A DNA stretch of 64,000 nucleotides from the human T2T-CHM13v2.0 reference genome, Homo sapiens. Positions 30,200 through 44,312 of the stretch are shown in pieces (the first letter of the stretch is position 1; each line of letters begins with the position of its first letter). Under the pieces are notes generated by a model, which worked only from the letters and a program-made list of their open reading frames with translations, was not told where the DNA came from and did no database searches. A program made the position numbers and the translations under genes. The DNA lies in the NCBI RefSeq assembly GCF_009914755.1, contig NC_060928.1; one strand, written 5' to 3'.

Positions 30200-30960
30200 C
30201 CTCTTTCCTAAATATGAATTGAAAACTAAGGACCACTAATATTTGAAAAAAGCTAAAAATAGACAGTCTAAAACAAGCACAGGGAGGATAGACATAATTA
30301 GGGAGCAGATGAAAAGAGAGACAAGAATAATATGGCCACAAAACAAGCACCAGAAGCTCTAAAATAGAAGGCTCAATTGTTCCTTAATTGAAAATGTAAA
30401 ACATTCAGGTAGAAATAAAAAATAAATGGAAGAATTGGATGATCAAGTTGCAAGTCTCCCAGAAAGTCAAACAAAAAGACAAAGAGATGAGAATTGTAGA
30501 CATGGTAACATCTGACTAATAGAGGTCTCAGAAGGAACAAAGAAATCAGAAGAGAGAAAACTATCAAGACTTCTTTCCAAGATTTGAACATTAAATTTCT
30601 AGATTGAAAGCCTCTACCAAGTGTCTGGCCTCAAACCATCACATTCAAAGGACTAAAAATTTGGAGTGCCACAAATTTATCAACAGCAGAAGCTGTACGA
30701 CAGGAGAGCTATTCTTGAAATTTCTGAGGGGAAATTATTTCCAACCTAGAGTTCTATATCTAGCCAAACCATGAAATCATATGTGAAGATGGAATAAATT
30801 CATTTTAGACATGCAAGACCTAAAACATGTTTATCTTCATGCATGTCTTTTTAGGAAGTTACTAGTAAATGTGTTCCACCAAAAAAACAAGGAAAAAACA
30901 TGGGATCCAGGAAGCAGGTCGTTCAGCACATGAGAATAGTGAAGAGAATTCCCAGAGCAA
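30200..30960 (+). mobile_element. HAL1 / ancient L1 ORF1-like remnant
   Basis: aaattatttccaacctagagttctatatctagccaaac...ttttagacatgcaag...aggaagttactag...catgggatccaggaa resembles HAL1. Confidence 0.7.
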
Positions 30961-31866
30961 TAAAGAGAAATCCTGGAAAAGATATTTTTAAGCTTTTCTA
31001 TAAATCTGGCAAGGAAATTCATTCTTATCAAGTTGTCACTATTTGACTCTATTTTTCAATTGAGAATAAATAATAAGAAAGACTAGTAGGTGAAAATTGA
31101 ATCAGCCACACTGGGAATTATAAAAGCAAAGTATTGTCTGAAGAAACCATCATATATTCTTTTCACCTCTTTATTCCAATCCAGAACTGTTTCTCCATGA
31201 AAGCTTTATTTTAGAATTCAGTGTTACTGTTTTCTATAATTTTTAAAACTTCAAATGTGTAGTTCCTGAAATACTTTAATAGCAGAATCTTTCCCCTCCA
31301 TCAAATAAAGCCGTATGTGGGAAGCCTATTATATTGGATCTACTTTGGTGGGGTCCCTGTCCTGCATGCCTCTTCCTCCTGCCCGGGCATGCTGCATCCT
31401 GTGAGGCACCTTGGAGATTCCACAGAGCAGTTTAAAAACTGTTACTGTAGCAAAAACACTGCTGAACACATGGCTTCATTCTTATTTCTCAGAAACATAA
31501 CATGAGTACCCATTAGTTTCATGAACTCACAGAAACAAAACATTCTTGTGACATGGCTTGCATAGTGGGTTGTATACCTGTGTATCTGTGAAATGAACAC
31601 TAAAAGTCCATCTTGACAAGTTTGCACCTATCTGAATATATTAGTTTCCTTTTAAATGAAAAGTCATTGCCTTGGTTTCAAATAAAAATTGGAACCTCTA
31701 GTTTTTACATTCCTGACATTTTAAAGTTTGAAATTAGTAACTCATGTTTCTTTTCCCTTGTAAGTATGAGCTGAGACAAACATGAAGCACCAAAATAGCA
31801 CTGTACTTTGGGTGGGGGAACCTGCATTTCAACTGCTCCTTGTAATACATCCTTCGTCCCCCTTAA

Positions 31867-32219
<353 letters not shown>

Positions 32220-33178
32220 AGATTTATAGTTTTAAATAACTTTCCAGATATAATCTTTTCTGGTAAATAAAACTAAGAGATAGGGCTAAAGGACAAAAAC
32301 AGACTAACAATACTACAGGAATTTGACTTTTTATGTAGTTGGTCATTATGGGATGTCTGTCACATCAGAATTGAATCTTCCTGTGCACCATGAAAATGTA
32401 AAAGATAAAATAGTAGAGCATGACAATAACTATTTAGTCTGAAAAATGATTTATCATTGGTGGATATTTAAAAAATGCCAACTCTGTGGCCTTTACTACA
32501 TGTATACCTTCTGTGGGGAAGGGTACTCCCTAACTGAACATTTTGTGAATTGATTAATGTTTAATATTGATTTGCAAGGCTTAGAAATGTAATGAAGAAA
32601 TAGCTATAAACCTTGTGTGCTTTGTGCATCAAGGAATTTAGGTGCATGTTGCTTTCCCATTTACTTATTCTTTTTAGGTTCTTCAGCGAAATAATGCAAA
32701 AAACATAGCTCATGGAATTAAAGAGGAATACTTAAGCAGGAAAAAAAATAAAGATTTTAAAAAGAAAGAGGAATATAACATCTTAAAAACCTCACCTTTT
32801 ATATCCTTACTTATAATTTTAAGAATTGAAACCTTGAGCAAGTGCCTATCTTGGCAGGCAAATTATTTGACATAAAGTTTGATCAAAGTACAATTAGAAG
32901 AAAACTCAGAATCATAGCTGGAAATGTTATTATCTTCTTAGGTTCAACCTAAAAAGCCAGTGTACATACAGGTTAGCATTTCAAACTCAAAGGATTTGTT
33001 TTCATCTTAAAGACGATGAAAGGCCAGCTACGTTTAGAAATCAACAGCAATCCATCATTTTTATCCCTCAGTCATTCTCTAAGGGTATTTTTTGTGACAC
33101 CTATGAAGAAGCAAAGCCATGAAGGTATATCATATATGCCAAATTTTCACTACTGATGATGCCATTGTAGACAACTGC

Positions 33179-33234
33179 AGAACAATGCTGGAGACTGAAT
33201 ATAGCAAGAACAATGCTAGAGAGTGAATATAGCA
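33179..33234. repeat. 28-bp tandem duplication
   Basis: agaacaatgctggagactgaatatagca / agaacaatgctagagagtgaatatagca (2 mismatches). Confidence 0.9.
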
Positions 33235-33301
33235 CTCCAGAAAAGCCTCTCACTTAGGTGCCAAGTTCAAGGCCAAAGAATTACTTAGATATTCTCAGGG
33301 A

Positions 33302-34510
33302 AAACTTGGTTATGTACAATATCATGAACATATAAACTTCCCCCTTCATGCTCATTTGCCGTTTACCAAAGATAAATTGTGATTTCCCAACTTTGTAAGA
33401 AAATAATAGTTGGAATGGCTTGAGGATGTTCTTCTATGCTTTTTTGCCATCTTCTGGTTCTTTTCACTTGTGAAAACAGTATCAATCTGTTGGGGTTTTT
33501 TCGTTTTGTTTTAATTAGATGAGGATCATTTTATTATCAAGAATTGAAGGCTTCTGTGAATTTCTGCCAGCAGGGTGATAGCTGCCAGCAGTGCACAGCT
33601 TTGGTGTGAGGTAGTAGGGATTCCATGTGGATATTGTCCCTAGACTAAGGGAAAGCCCCATTGCTGTGGCTTGTTCGGTGATTCTGCCTGCCAGCCCCAT
33701 TTTATGTAGCTTATCATGCATGGTTCATGGCTTGTAGGATGTTTATTCCTCTGGGTTAAGTTTTCCTCTTGTTCTTCTTTGGTTTCTAGCTGACTTACTT
33801 GTGAGAGCAGAAAATTACCTGGGTGCTTGAGACCCATTGTTCATGTGATGGAACTGTGATGCACATACATTTGAATACATTTAAGTTTTTTATTTGCCGT
33901 TTGTAACTTACACTGGAAAGCTACCCTGGTCCTACAGTTAAAATTTTCCCCTGAGTATTATTCCTAATATGTTTTTTTTTTCATGCCCCAAAATGATGTT
34001 TATAATTCACATTTTCTCACTGGCACATGAGTAAGATTTACTTACGCTGGTTTTGAAAGGTTTAGAATAATCAGTATTTCACTTGCTAAGACTTGAAACA
34101 TTAACAATAATACACTGTAATACACAGTGAAATTCTTTGAGGAAAAGACACCAATGATCTTTCCTATTAACTTATAAATGCTTCCACTGATCAGCAAAGG
34201 TAGTTCAAAATTTCATCACTCAGTCCTGATGCTCAGATAATACCAGAGTAGTCAGGGTGACACTGTTGTGCTTCTGACTGGTAGAAAATGTTTTGCTTTC
34301 CATTTTTCAAAGACAGTTGTTGACAGATAATCCATTCTCTTTGTGTATGTATGTATGTAATGAAAATAGCCACCGTGAGCTCAGTAAACCCCTCCTTACT
34401 AAATGTACACAAAAGTCCATTTTCAGGTGTTTGTTATTTGTGAAACTTGGTTATGTACAATATCATGAACATATAAACTTCCCCCTTCATGCTCATTTGC
34501 TGTTTACCAA
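33302..34510. repeat. Dispersed 68-bp direct repeat (33302-33369 and 34443-34510)
   Basis: aaacttggttatgtacaatatcatgaac...gtttaccaa, 67/68 identical. Confidence 0.95.
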
Positions 34511-34739
34511 TATGATTCCCCTTGAGACTCCAGCATTAGGTGCTATATGGCTGTACAAATTGGTTTGGGATTGCTTTGCTTACAGTCATCTCACCTCAGA
34601 ACCCCACTTAGCAGTTTCTATGATTCTCAGGGAAAGTGCTTCAGCAGAAGTAGACCTTTAGGAATTAGAGACAAGTTACAACCAAAGGAGGGACATTCAC
34701 CTGCAGAAGCTTATAAAAGCACATGAGATACAGGCATCG

Positions 34740-35220
34740 TAGCCTACTCAGATTGACATCTACTTGCAGATTCTGGTCATCAGTGACTTCATTGAGCACT
34801 GAGAGCAGTTTCATTGAAGGAGCAGTAAGGGCAAAAACTAGATCGTAGAGAACTGAAGTCAAAATAATAGTTGAGATTTATTGTGGATATCTCCTTTCAA
34901 GAATTTTGAATGAAAAAGAGAGGAGAGAGATTAGATTGGTAACTAGAGAGATAGTGGTGGGGGCAGGGTATATTCATAGAATGGAAGAGACTTGAACATG
35001 TTTATAGGTTGAAGAGGGAGAGTCAGCAGAGAGAATAGAGTGAAAATATCCAAGAGAAAAATGAGAAAGGGGATAACTAATGAAGGAAGATCACAGAGGA
35101 CTGTGGTCATGGACACAAAGAAAGGTTTTGCCTTCAGCTGAAGGAGACTTTATTCTCTTATATTATTCAGAAAGAAGTAAGAATGATTGTAAATATAGAC
35201 AATTTCTTAGGTAGAGGGCT
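34740..35220 (-). mobile_element. L2 fragment
   Basis: Purine-rich tcagtgacttcattgag...gagagcagtttcattg...gagacttgaacatgtttataggttgaag typical of antisense L2. Confidence 0.55.
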
Positions 35221-35675
35221 AGAAAGGTGAAAAGGGTGGTTAAACTCAGTCATCGCTGATCCTCAACTTAAAAGTCTGTTCCACTAATCTTTATTTTGTA
35301 TTACTGAATGCATATATAATGAGCTACGTTAACATTGGGTTTTACTGTACATTATGCGTAGTATAATATATAGAAAGTCTGATCCCTCTTTTTAAATAAT
35401 ATATAGAAATCCAAACTTTATCAATGTAAACATACTGAGTTTGAGGTGTCTATAGATCATCTTAATGGAGATGTCATACAGATTAGTTTTCATTTTTAAA
35501 TTTCTCCCTATTTCATTGAAAATATGATTCACTATATAAAATTGTAATTAATATAGATATATTACATAAAGACAAAGGAGAAGCTCTATACATATGGATG
35601 ATCACATACTAATGGAAGATTTTTTAAATTGTAAATTAATATTGTTTCCTAGACAAGTCAGTAGGATTGAGTATA

Positions 35676-36008
35676 CAAGTTGAACATCCCTAATCTGAAA
35701 ATCCAAAATCCAAAATGCTCCAAAATCCAAAACTTTTTGAGCACGGGCATGATGCCTCAAGTGGAAAATTCCACACCTGACTTCATGTGATGGGCTGCAG
35801 TAAAACATTGTTTCATGCACACGATTATTTATTGTATAAAATTTCTTTCAGGCTATCTGTATAAGATGTAGATGAAACACAAATGAAGTTCATGTTTAGA
35901 CTTGGATCCCATCCCCAAGATAACTTATTATGTATATGCAGATATTCCACAATCCAAAATTCAAATACTTCTGGTTTCAAGCATTTTGGAATAGGGTTAC
36001 TTAACCTG
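35676..36008. mobile_element. Tigger4/MER46 (Zombi) DNA transposon fossil
   Basis: TA|caagttgaacatccctaatctgaaaatccaaaatcc ... gcattttggaatagggttacttaacctg|TA. Confidence 0.88.
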
Positions 36009-37589
36009 TACTGAGGTGACAGGTAATCTCTTAGTCTTCTGGCTTTATATGATTACTGGTTAGCTAAGGACCTGTCTATGTTAGAGGCCTTGTCCATGCC
36101 ACATTTTTTCCCAAGTTAAGCTTCTACTGTAGCTTTTTCTTATTTTCTGACCTGCTTGATAATCTATTCTTATATTCATTCTCACAGTGAATTAGTCTAT
36201 ATAGTGTATTAGTTATAACTCAGTGTATTCTTAAAGGGTTTCCTCAATTATTTTAATATTTGACCTGCAATAATCTGAGAACCATTTTCATTTTCTATAC
36301 ATAATGGCTTTGTAGTTCAGTGTTAAAGCTTTGGAATCTTCAGAGTGAATTGATTGATAAAAGAAAACTAATAGTGCCTGGCCCCCAGTTTGCACTTAAT
36401 AATGTTTGATGAATGAAAGACCGAATGCATACAATTTCATTTTTGTGAAAGTTTACCATCCTAAAAACTCTGATTTTTTTTTTTTAAAGAAATAGTACAT
36501 GTTCTTTTTGGACTGTCTGAAAACATTGACTCTTAACCATAATAACAAATAATTTTTATGAGTCCCAAGCTAGAGATAAAGAGACCTAGTTACTTCATTT
36601 TACCTTGGGTATGAGTTTTGATATTTGATGATAACAGATTTGGATCGTTGCTGGTTTGGGCAAGGTTCGGATTAATTATATAAAAGAGCACATAATTAAA
36701 AAAAAAAAAACCTATCATATCCTGTTACCCAATTCTCTGGTACAAGAGCTTTAGGCACTGATTTAATCTTGAAATGATAATTGGACTTCCCACTAGATTA
36801 GCCCATATGTTTTGAGAGGCTGTCTGGGAATGAGAGGATGTCATTCCTATATGAAGGAACATGAGGCAAGAATCCAGAATGAAGAACCATTAGTCTGTCT
36901 TACCAGAGTTCTGACAACACTGTGATCTGAAAATGTTTTGGCCAAAGTCAGATTTATTGAGGGCCATAATTTTCAATAAAAAGAATCCCAGAGGAAGTTA
37001 TTTGATGGTTGGAATAAAAATATGACTTATACACTACATGATTCAGCTGCTTTGGTGTTGTTTTTTGAGTTGTACCCATATATTCACCTTCACATCCAAG
37101 TGTGCTGGAAAAAGTTTGTGTTCTGATTGAATTATGTTCACCTTAATTTCCTCTGCAGTGCTTTTCCCTCAGGCAGACCCTTGAGTGATTGTCTTTTTTA
37201 CCTCCTCCAATTTCCACCATTCTCATTTTATGTGTTCAAGTTAAATGTGAACAACAGCAAACAGCTACACTCTGTAAAACATACCATTTCTTTCCTTGAG
37301 TCAATGCATTCACTTTTCTGGTAAATGATTTTGGGGGCCTGCAGAAACCAAATGATGAGACCCCTGTAGGTGGTGAAGAGGAGTTTGCAAGCAATGTTTG
37401 CATAAAGTTCTCCTGGCCTCTTCTGCTCGTGTTTGGTTTGTTCTTTTAAACACTGTCTTAACTACAAAAAATTTTTTTATGACTTTGGTCTCTTTGGAGC
37501 AAGGAAAATGACCTGGAGGGACAGTCCTATGGCAGTCCAGCTTATATTCTTATGTAATTGACTTAACTGACATATGCCTTGGTTTTCCT

Positions 37590-40500
37590 TTTTTTAATTT
37601 AACTTTTATTTTAGGTTCAAGGAGTACATGTGCAGGTTTGTTACATAGGTAAACTGCATGTCATGGGGGTTTCATGTACAGATCATTTCATCATGCAGGT
37701 AATAATCACGGTATCTGATAGGTATTTTTTCTGATCCTCTCCTTCCTCCAACCCCCTAGCCTCAAGTAGGCCCCAGTGTCTGTTGTTCCCCTCTTTGTGT
37801 CCATGTGTTCTTGTTGTTTACCTTCTTATAAGTGAGAACATGTGGTATTTGGTTTTCTGCTGCTGCATTAGTTTGCTTAGGATAATGGCCTCCAGCTTCA
37901 TCCATGCTGCTGCAAAAGACATGATCTTGTTTTTTATGGCTGCATAGTATTCCATGGTATATATGTACCATAATTTCTTTACCCAATCTACTATTAATGA
38001 GCATCTAGATTGACTCCATGTCTTTGCTATTATGAATAGTGCTACAGTGAACATACATGTGTCTTTATAGTAGAATGATTTATATTCCTTTGAGTATCTA
38101 CCCAGTAATGGGACTGCTGGCTTAAATGATAATTCTGTTTTGAATTCTTTGAGGAATTTCCATACTGCTTTCTACAATGGCTAAGCTCATTTAAACTCCC
38201 ACCAGTAGTGTATAATCATTCCCTTTTCCCTGACACCTCACCAGAATCTGTTATTTTTTTGCTTTTTAATAATAGCCACTCTGACTGGTGTGAAATGGTA
38301 TCTCGTTGTGGTTTTGACTTGCATTTCTCTAGTGATTAGTGATGTTGAGCATTTTTCCATATGCTTGTTGCCACATGTATGTCTTCTTTTGAAAGTGTCT
38401 GTTCATATTCTTTGCCCACTTTTTAATGGTGTTGAGGTTTTTTTGCTTGTAAATGTAAGTTCCTTATAGATTCTGGATATTATATCTTTTGTGGGATGCA
38501 TAGCTGCAAATATTTTCTCCCATTCTGTAGATAATCTGTTTACTCTGTCGATAGTTTCCTTTGATATGCAAAAGCTCTTTAGTTTAATTAAGTCCCATTT
38601 GTCAATTTTTGTTTTCATTGCAGTTGCCTTTGGCATCTTCATCATGAGATCTTTGCCAGGCCCCATGTCCAGAATGGTATCTCCTATGTTATCTTCCAGG
38701 GATTTTATAGGTTTAGGTTTTACATTTACATCTTTAATCCATCTTGAGTTGATTTTTGTATATGATGTAACGAAGGGGTCTAGTTTCAATCTTCTGTACA
38801 TGACTAGCCAATTATCCCAGCACCACTTACTGAATGGGGAGTCCTTGCTCTATTGCTTGTTTTTGTTGACTTTGTCAAAACTCAGATAGTTGTAGGCATA
38901 TGGTCTTATTTCTGGGTTCTCTATTCTGTTCATTGGTCTATGTTTCTGTTTTTGTACCAGTATCGTGTTGTTTTGGTTACTGTGGCCTTGTAGTGTAGTT
39001 TGAATTTGAGTAACATGATGCCTCCAACTTTGTTCAGTTTGCTTAGGATTATGTTGGCTATTTGGGCTCTTTTTTGGTTTTGCATGAATTTTAAAATAGT
39101 TTTTTCTAATTCTGTGAAGAATGTCATTCGTAATTTGATAGGAATAGCACTGAATCTGTAAATTACTTTGGGCAGTATGGCCATTTTAACAATATTGATT
39201 TCTTCCTATCTGTGAGCATGGAATGTTTTCTATTTTTGTGTCATCTTTGATTTCTTTCAGCAGTGTCATAATTCTCCTTGTAGACATCTTTCACCTCCTT
39301 GGTTAGCCATATTCTTAGGCATATTTTATTATTTTTGTGGCTATTGTGAGTGGGATTGCATTCCAGATTTGGCTGTCAGCTTGGATGTTTTTGGTGTATA
39401 TCAATGCTACTGATTTTTGTACATTGATTTTGTATCCTGAAACTTTTACTGAAGTTATCAGATCCAGGAGCTTTTGGGCTGAGACTATGGGGGTTTTCTA
39501 GATATAGAATCATGTTGTCTGCAAACAGGGATAGTTTGACTTTGTCTCTTCCTATTTGGATATCTTATTTCTTCCTCCTGCCTGATTTCTCTGGCTAGGA
39601 CTTCCAGTACTATGCTGAGTGGGAGTAGTGAGAGAGGGCATTCTGGTCTTGTGCTGTTTTTCAAGGAGAATGCTTCCATCTTTTGCCCATTCAGTATGAT
39701 GTTGGTTGTGGGTTTGTCATAGATGGCTCTTATTATTTTGAAGTTTGTTCCTTCCATGCCTGGTTTATTGAGGGTTTTTTAAATGAAGCATTGTTGAATT
39801 TTATCAAAAACGTTTTCTGAATCTATTGACATAATCATGTTTTTGTTTTTAGCTCTGTTTATAGGATTAATCACATTTATTGATTTGTATATGCTGAACC
39901 AAACTTGCATTCCAGGGATAAAGCCTACTTGATCATGGTGGATTTGCTTTTTCTTGTGCTACTGGATTCGGTTTGCTAGTATTTTGTTGAGGATTTTTGT
40001 ATCGATGTCTATCAAGTATATTGGCCTTAAGTTTTCTTTTTTTGTTGTGTTTCTGCCAGGTTTGGGTATCACAATGATGCTGGCCTCATAGAACGAGTTG
40101 GAGAGGGATCCCTCCTCCCTAATTTTTTGGAATAGTTTCAGTAGGAATGGTACCAGCTCTTCTTTATACATCTGGTAGAATTCTGTCTGGTCCTGGGCTT
40201 TTCTTGGTTGGTAGGCTTTTTTATTACTGCTTCAGTTTTGGAACTTGTTATTGGTCTGTTCAGGGATTCAATTTCTTAGGTTCAGTCTTGGGAGGTTGTA
40301 TTTGTCCAGGAATTTATCAGTTTATTCTAGATCTTCTAGTTTGTATGCATAGAGGTCTTCATAGTACTCTCTGAGAGCTTTTTTTATGTCTGTGGGATCG
40401 GTGGTAATGTCCCCTTTGTCATTTCTAATTGTGTTTATTTGGATCTTCTTTCTTTTTATTAGTCTAGCTAGCAGTCTATCTGTCTTAATTTTTTCAAAGA

Positions 40501-40902
40501 AGCTACTCCTGGATTCATTGACCTTTTGTATGGTTTTTCATATCTCAGTTTCCTTCAGTTCAGCTCTCATTTTGGTGATTTCTTGTCTTCTGCAACCTTT
40601 GGGATTTGTTTGCTCTTGATACTCTATTTCTTCTGGTTGTGATAGGAGGTTGTTAATTTGAGATCTTGCTAACTCTTTGATGTGAGCTTTTAATGCTATG
40701 AACTTCCCTCTCAACACTGCCTTAGCGGTGTCCCAGAGATTCAGGTATGTTGTATCTTTGTTCTCATTAGTTTCAAAGAATTTCTTGATGTCTGCCCTAA
40801 TTTCATCATTTACCCAAAAGTCACTTGGGAGCAGGTTGTTTAATTTCCATCTAATTGTATGGTTTTAGCAATTTTCTTGATATTGGTTTCTATTTTATTG
40901 TC
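37590..40902 (-). mobile_element. 5'-truncated old L1PA (L1PA15/16-like), ~3.3 kb
   Basis: Minus-strand ORF2 fragments ([38 protein letters not shown]); degenerate TSD tgccttggttttccttt / tgccttaattttcattt. Confidence 0.95.
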
Positions 40903-41235
40903 TTTTGCCTTAATTTTCATTTATGAAAATATAAAAAATATAAATATAATGCATGTGATAAATGCATGAAGTACAATACTGATGCTTTTTCTTTGGTATG
41001 TACATTCCAGAAATTAGTTATGTTTACACATTAGGGTGAGTCATGTGCTGAGCCTTTAAGGGGAAATTTTAAACCTTAATCTGTATATTTCTAACGTAAA
41101 TGGCACCATATATCTCTAGGACACAGTAATAGACCCCAGAATTTAGGACCATGTCAAAGAAATCTGAAATGTTTTAATTTTTCTCCTACTGTGAGTTTGC
41201 TTCATCTCTACTTGAAAAATGAAGAGTTTCTTTTA

Positions 41236-41528
41236 GGCCAGGCGCGGTGGTTCATGCCTGTAATCCCAGCACTTTGGGAGGCCAAGGCGGGTGGATCACC
41301 TTAGGTCAGGAATTCGAGACCAGCCTGGCCAACATGGTGAAACCCCATCTCTACTAAAAATACAAAAATGAGCCGGGCGTGGTGGCAGGCACCTGTAATC
41401 CCAGCTGAGGCTGGGGCAAGGAAATCACTTGAACTCAGGAGGCAGAGGTTGCAGTGAGCCAGGATCATGCCACGGCACTCCAGCCTGGGTGACAGAGCAA
41501 GACTCCATCTCAAAAAACAAAAAAAAAA
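41236..41528 (+). mobile_element. AluS (Sx-like)
   Basis: Full dimer with A tail. Confidence 0.95.
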
Positions 41529-41589
41529 GCTTTTATAGAACTAATGTATATAAAATATACATACAAGTTGGAAGTATAGCAAAGAGATA

Positions 41590-41765
41590 AATAACTCAGT
41601 TTCTGAAATTAGGAAAAGGTAAATTTGAATCCCATCTCTGCCATTTACTAACTCTATGACTCTGGAAAGTTTTCTAATAGGTATAGTAGTTATAATAATA
41701 GTACTTTCTTCCTAGGGTCATTGTGAAGATTAAATTATATCACCTATAGAAAGCACTTGTACATA
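41590..41765 (+). mobile_element. MIR
   Basis: tttgaatcccatctctgccatttactaactctatgac...agggtcattgtgaagattaaat. Confidence 0.7.
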
Positions 41766-42199
41766 TCATGAACCAAAGATTATAACTAATCCAATTTTTC
41801 AGTTCACTGAAGAAAAATGGAAGTGACTGTCCAATGTAGATGTCAGCACATACTGAAGGGTTCAAGAAATGAGAGTTGTAATTATCACTGCTGTTATCAG
41901 TAGATCATCAATAAGTAGAACTGATCAGTTAGCTCAAATTGAGCAATCAATACATGAGTTACTAGAAAGCAATATTTTTTAAAGGTTTATTACAATATAA
42001 AAGTGATACAACTAAGGGATTGGGAATAAATGCGTATACATTTACCTAAGAACAAGTGTTTAACTCCAATTTCTTTTAATTAAGTTAGTTCGCATTTATG
42101 ATAGAGCCATACATATTGCAGAGGACAATACCATGTGCAATCCTAAGTAATATTTTCTTATGAGGTTTAGTGTCAGGTTCTTCAGGTAGAAGAAGCACA

Positions 42200-42395
42200 A
42201 GCAGCTGCATTTAGTAGACCTGGGTTCCAATCCTAGCTCTACCATTTATCAACTGTATTACATTGAGTAATTTAGTGAACCTATCTGAGACTCTGTAAAA
42301 TGGCAATAGTAATACTTCATTACTATGAAGTAATACTTTCATAGGCATTATGAAGATTGGAAATAATATATAGGGTACTTAGTAAATAATAGCTA
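42200..42395 (+). mobile_element. MIR
   Basis: agacctgggttccaatcctagctctaccatttatc...ctgtaaaatgg. Confidence 0.7.
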
Positions 42396-42483
42396 TTGGT
42401 GTTATTCTACCACTACTTTTTTTAAATTAATAAACTGTGTACTACCGCCATTTTAATTAATAAAGTTCGGTTCCTTTACAAAT

Positions 42484-42987
42484 AAACATTAGTTTTCTAT
42501 CCCTGCTGTAACAAATTGCCATACACATAGTAGCTTAAAACAACAAATTTATTATCTTATAGTTCTGGAAGCCAGAAATCTGACAAAGGTCTTATTGAAC
42601 TAAGATTAAGATGTCAGCAGGGCTGTAATCCTTTATGGAGCCTCTTGGGAACAATCCATTTCTTTGCCTTTTTCAGCTTTCTGAGGCCCCCTGCATTCCT
42701 TGGTTCATGGCCTTTTCCTCCATCTTCAAAGCTAGCAGCCTAGCATCTTCAAGTATCCTTCTGTTTCTGACCTATGCCTCCCTGTTCCACATTTAAAGGA
42801 CGCTTCTGATTACGTTTGACCTATCCAGATAATCCAGGATAATCTCCCTATTTTAGGGTCAGGTGATTAGCAATTTTAATTCCATGTGTAACCCTAATTC
42901 TCCCTTGACATGTAACATAACATATTCACGGTTCCAGGGATTAGAAGGTGGATATCTTGGGGGTGGGGCATTATTCTGTCTACCACA
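42484..42987 (-). mobile_element. MLT1 (MLT1D-like) MaLR solo LTR
   Basis: gctgtaacaaattgcca...gcttaaaacaacaaatttattatctt...gcattattctgtctaccaca. Confidence 0.85.
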
Positions 42988-43769
42988 ATAATCAAAAAAA
43001 GCATTTGTTGCATAGTATTGTATTTGCCTTAATAATCATGAGAAACTGGCAAATAAAGATCAGCTGGTACCATAAATTTTCAGATATTACCATTTTTTTG
43101 TTTTCATTTTTGTTCTTTTTTTTAATGTTATTTTAGTATCTTGGTTAAAAGTACTATCATTTTGGAAATTCACATTTTTGGCCACTATAGCTGTATTGTG
43201 TTTTTTATTTAAATTGATATAGTTGAAACTCTAAAGATACAACTGCAAGAATATATGTGGGCAAATTTTTGAACTATTTTGTGGATAAAGGGAAAAAGGG
43301 TAGGAATCAGATGTTTTTCATCAGTTTTTAGGAGTAATTACAAAGCTAACAGGAAAATATGTCTCCCTTCTAAGATAAAAGGAACCTGAATATTTGTCCC
43401 TAATATTAGAAAGCAAATGGCTCGCAAAAATTCTCAAAGATAGTGTGAATCATATTCTTTTATAACACTGGATAAAGGGGAAAAAAAGTGACATTTGGGG
43501 TATTAAACCTGAGATGAACATCCTAATCCAGAGAGTAGCTGATCTTTAGACCTACAGGCTGCCAGTGAGGTGTTGTCAGATGTTGGAGTTTAGGCATAGA
43601 CAAATGCACTGGGAAGAGAACAGTGCCACTGGCTAGTCACTTCACTTCTGGGCCTCAGTTTTCTCATACCTATTTTGTGGATTATGTGGGTTGCTAATTA
43701 AGACACCCATCTACCTTTGATGTTCTTTAAAGTAGAAGAAAGAAATTTAAACAAATGAATGACACTAAA

Positions 43770-44312
43770 AACAGAACAGAAACCACCAAGATGTCCTTCA
43801 ACAGGTGAATGGATGAATAAACTTTGGGAAGTCCAGACAATGGAAGATTATCCAGTGCTAAAAAGAAAATGAGCTATAAGGCCATGACAGTGCATGGAAG
43901 AACCTTAAATATATATGACTAAATGGAAGTAGCCAATCCAAAAAGGCTACATACTCTGTAATTCCAAATATATGATATTCTGGAAAAAACAAAACTATGG
44001 AGACTAAAAAAGATCAGTGGTTGTCAGGGATTAGGGGAAGGGAGGGATGAATAGGCAGAGCACAGAGGATTTTTAGGGCAGTGTAACTACTGTATTCACT
44101 ACAGTGCTGGGTACATCTCACTATATACTTGACAATGTAACAATGTAGGTTCATCACTTATAACAAATGTACCACTCTGATGTGAGTTATTGAGTATAGT
44201 GGGCAGGCTGTGTGTATGTGAGGGCAAGGAGTATCTGGGAACTCTGTACTTTATGCCCAGTTTTACTGTGAACCTCAAACTACCCTAAAAATTAAGTCTA
44301 TTTTAAAAATTA
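43770..44312 (+). mobile_element. L1MC-like 3'UTR fragment
   Basis: gatgtccttcaacaggtgaatgg...agatcagtggttgtcaggg...ctgtgaacctcaaactaccctaaaaa. Confidence 0.85.

Noticed and set aside
33607-33618. tgaggtagtagg, identical to the first 12 nt of let-7
   Set aside because: The match ends at nt 12 and there is no complementary star arm beyond a ~6-bp stem; a chance 12-mer is plausible.
33179-34510. Repeat-spacer (CRISPR-like) organisation
   Set aside because: Only two copies per repeat, irregular spacing, eukaryotic context and no cas genes.
37361-37376. CTCF-like motif cccctgtaggtggtga
   Set aside because: Partial match only; not supportable without ChIP or conservation data.
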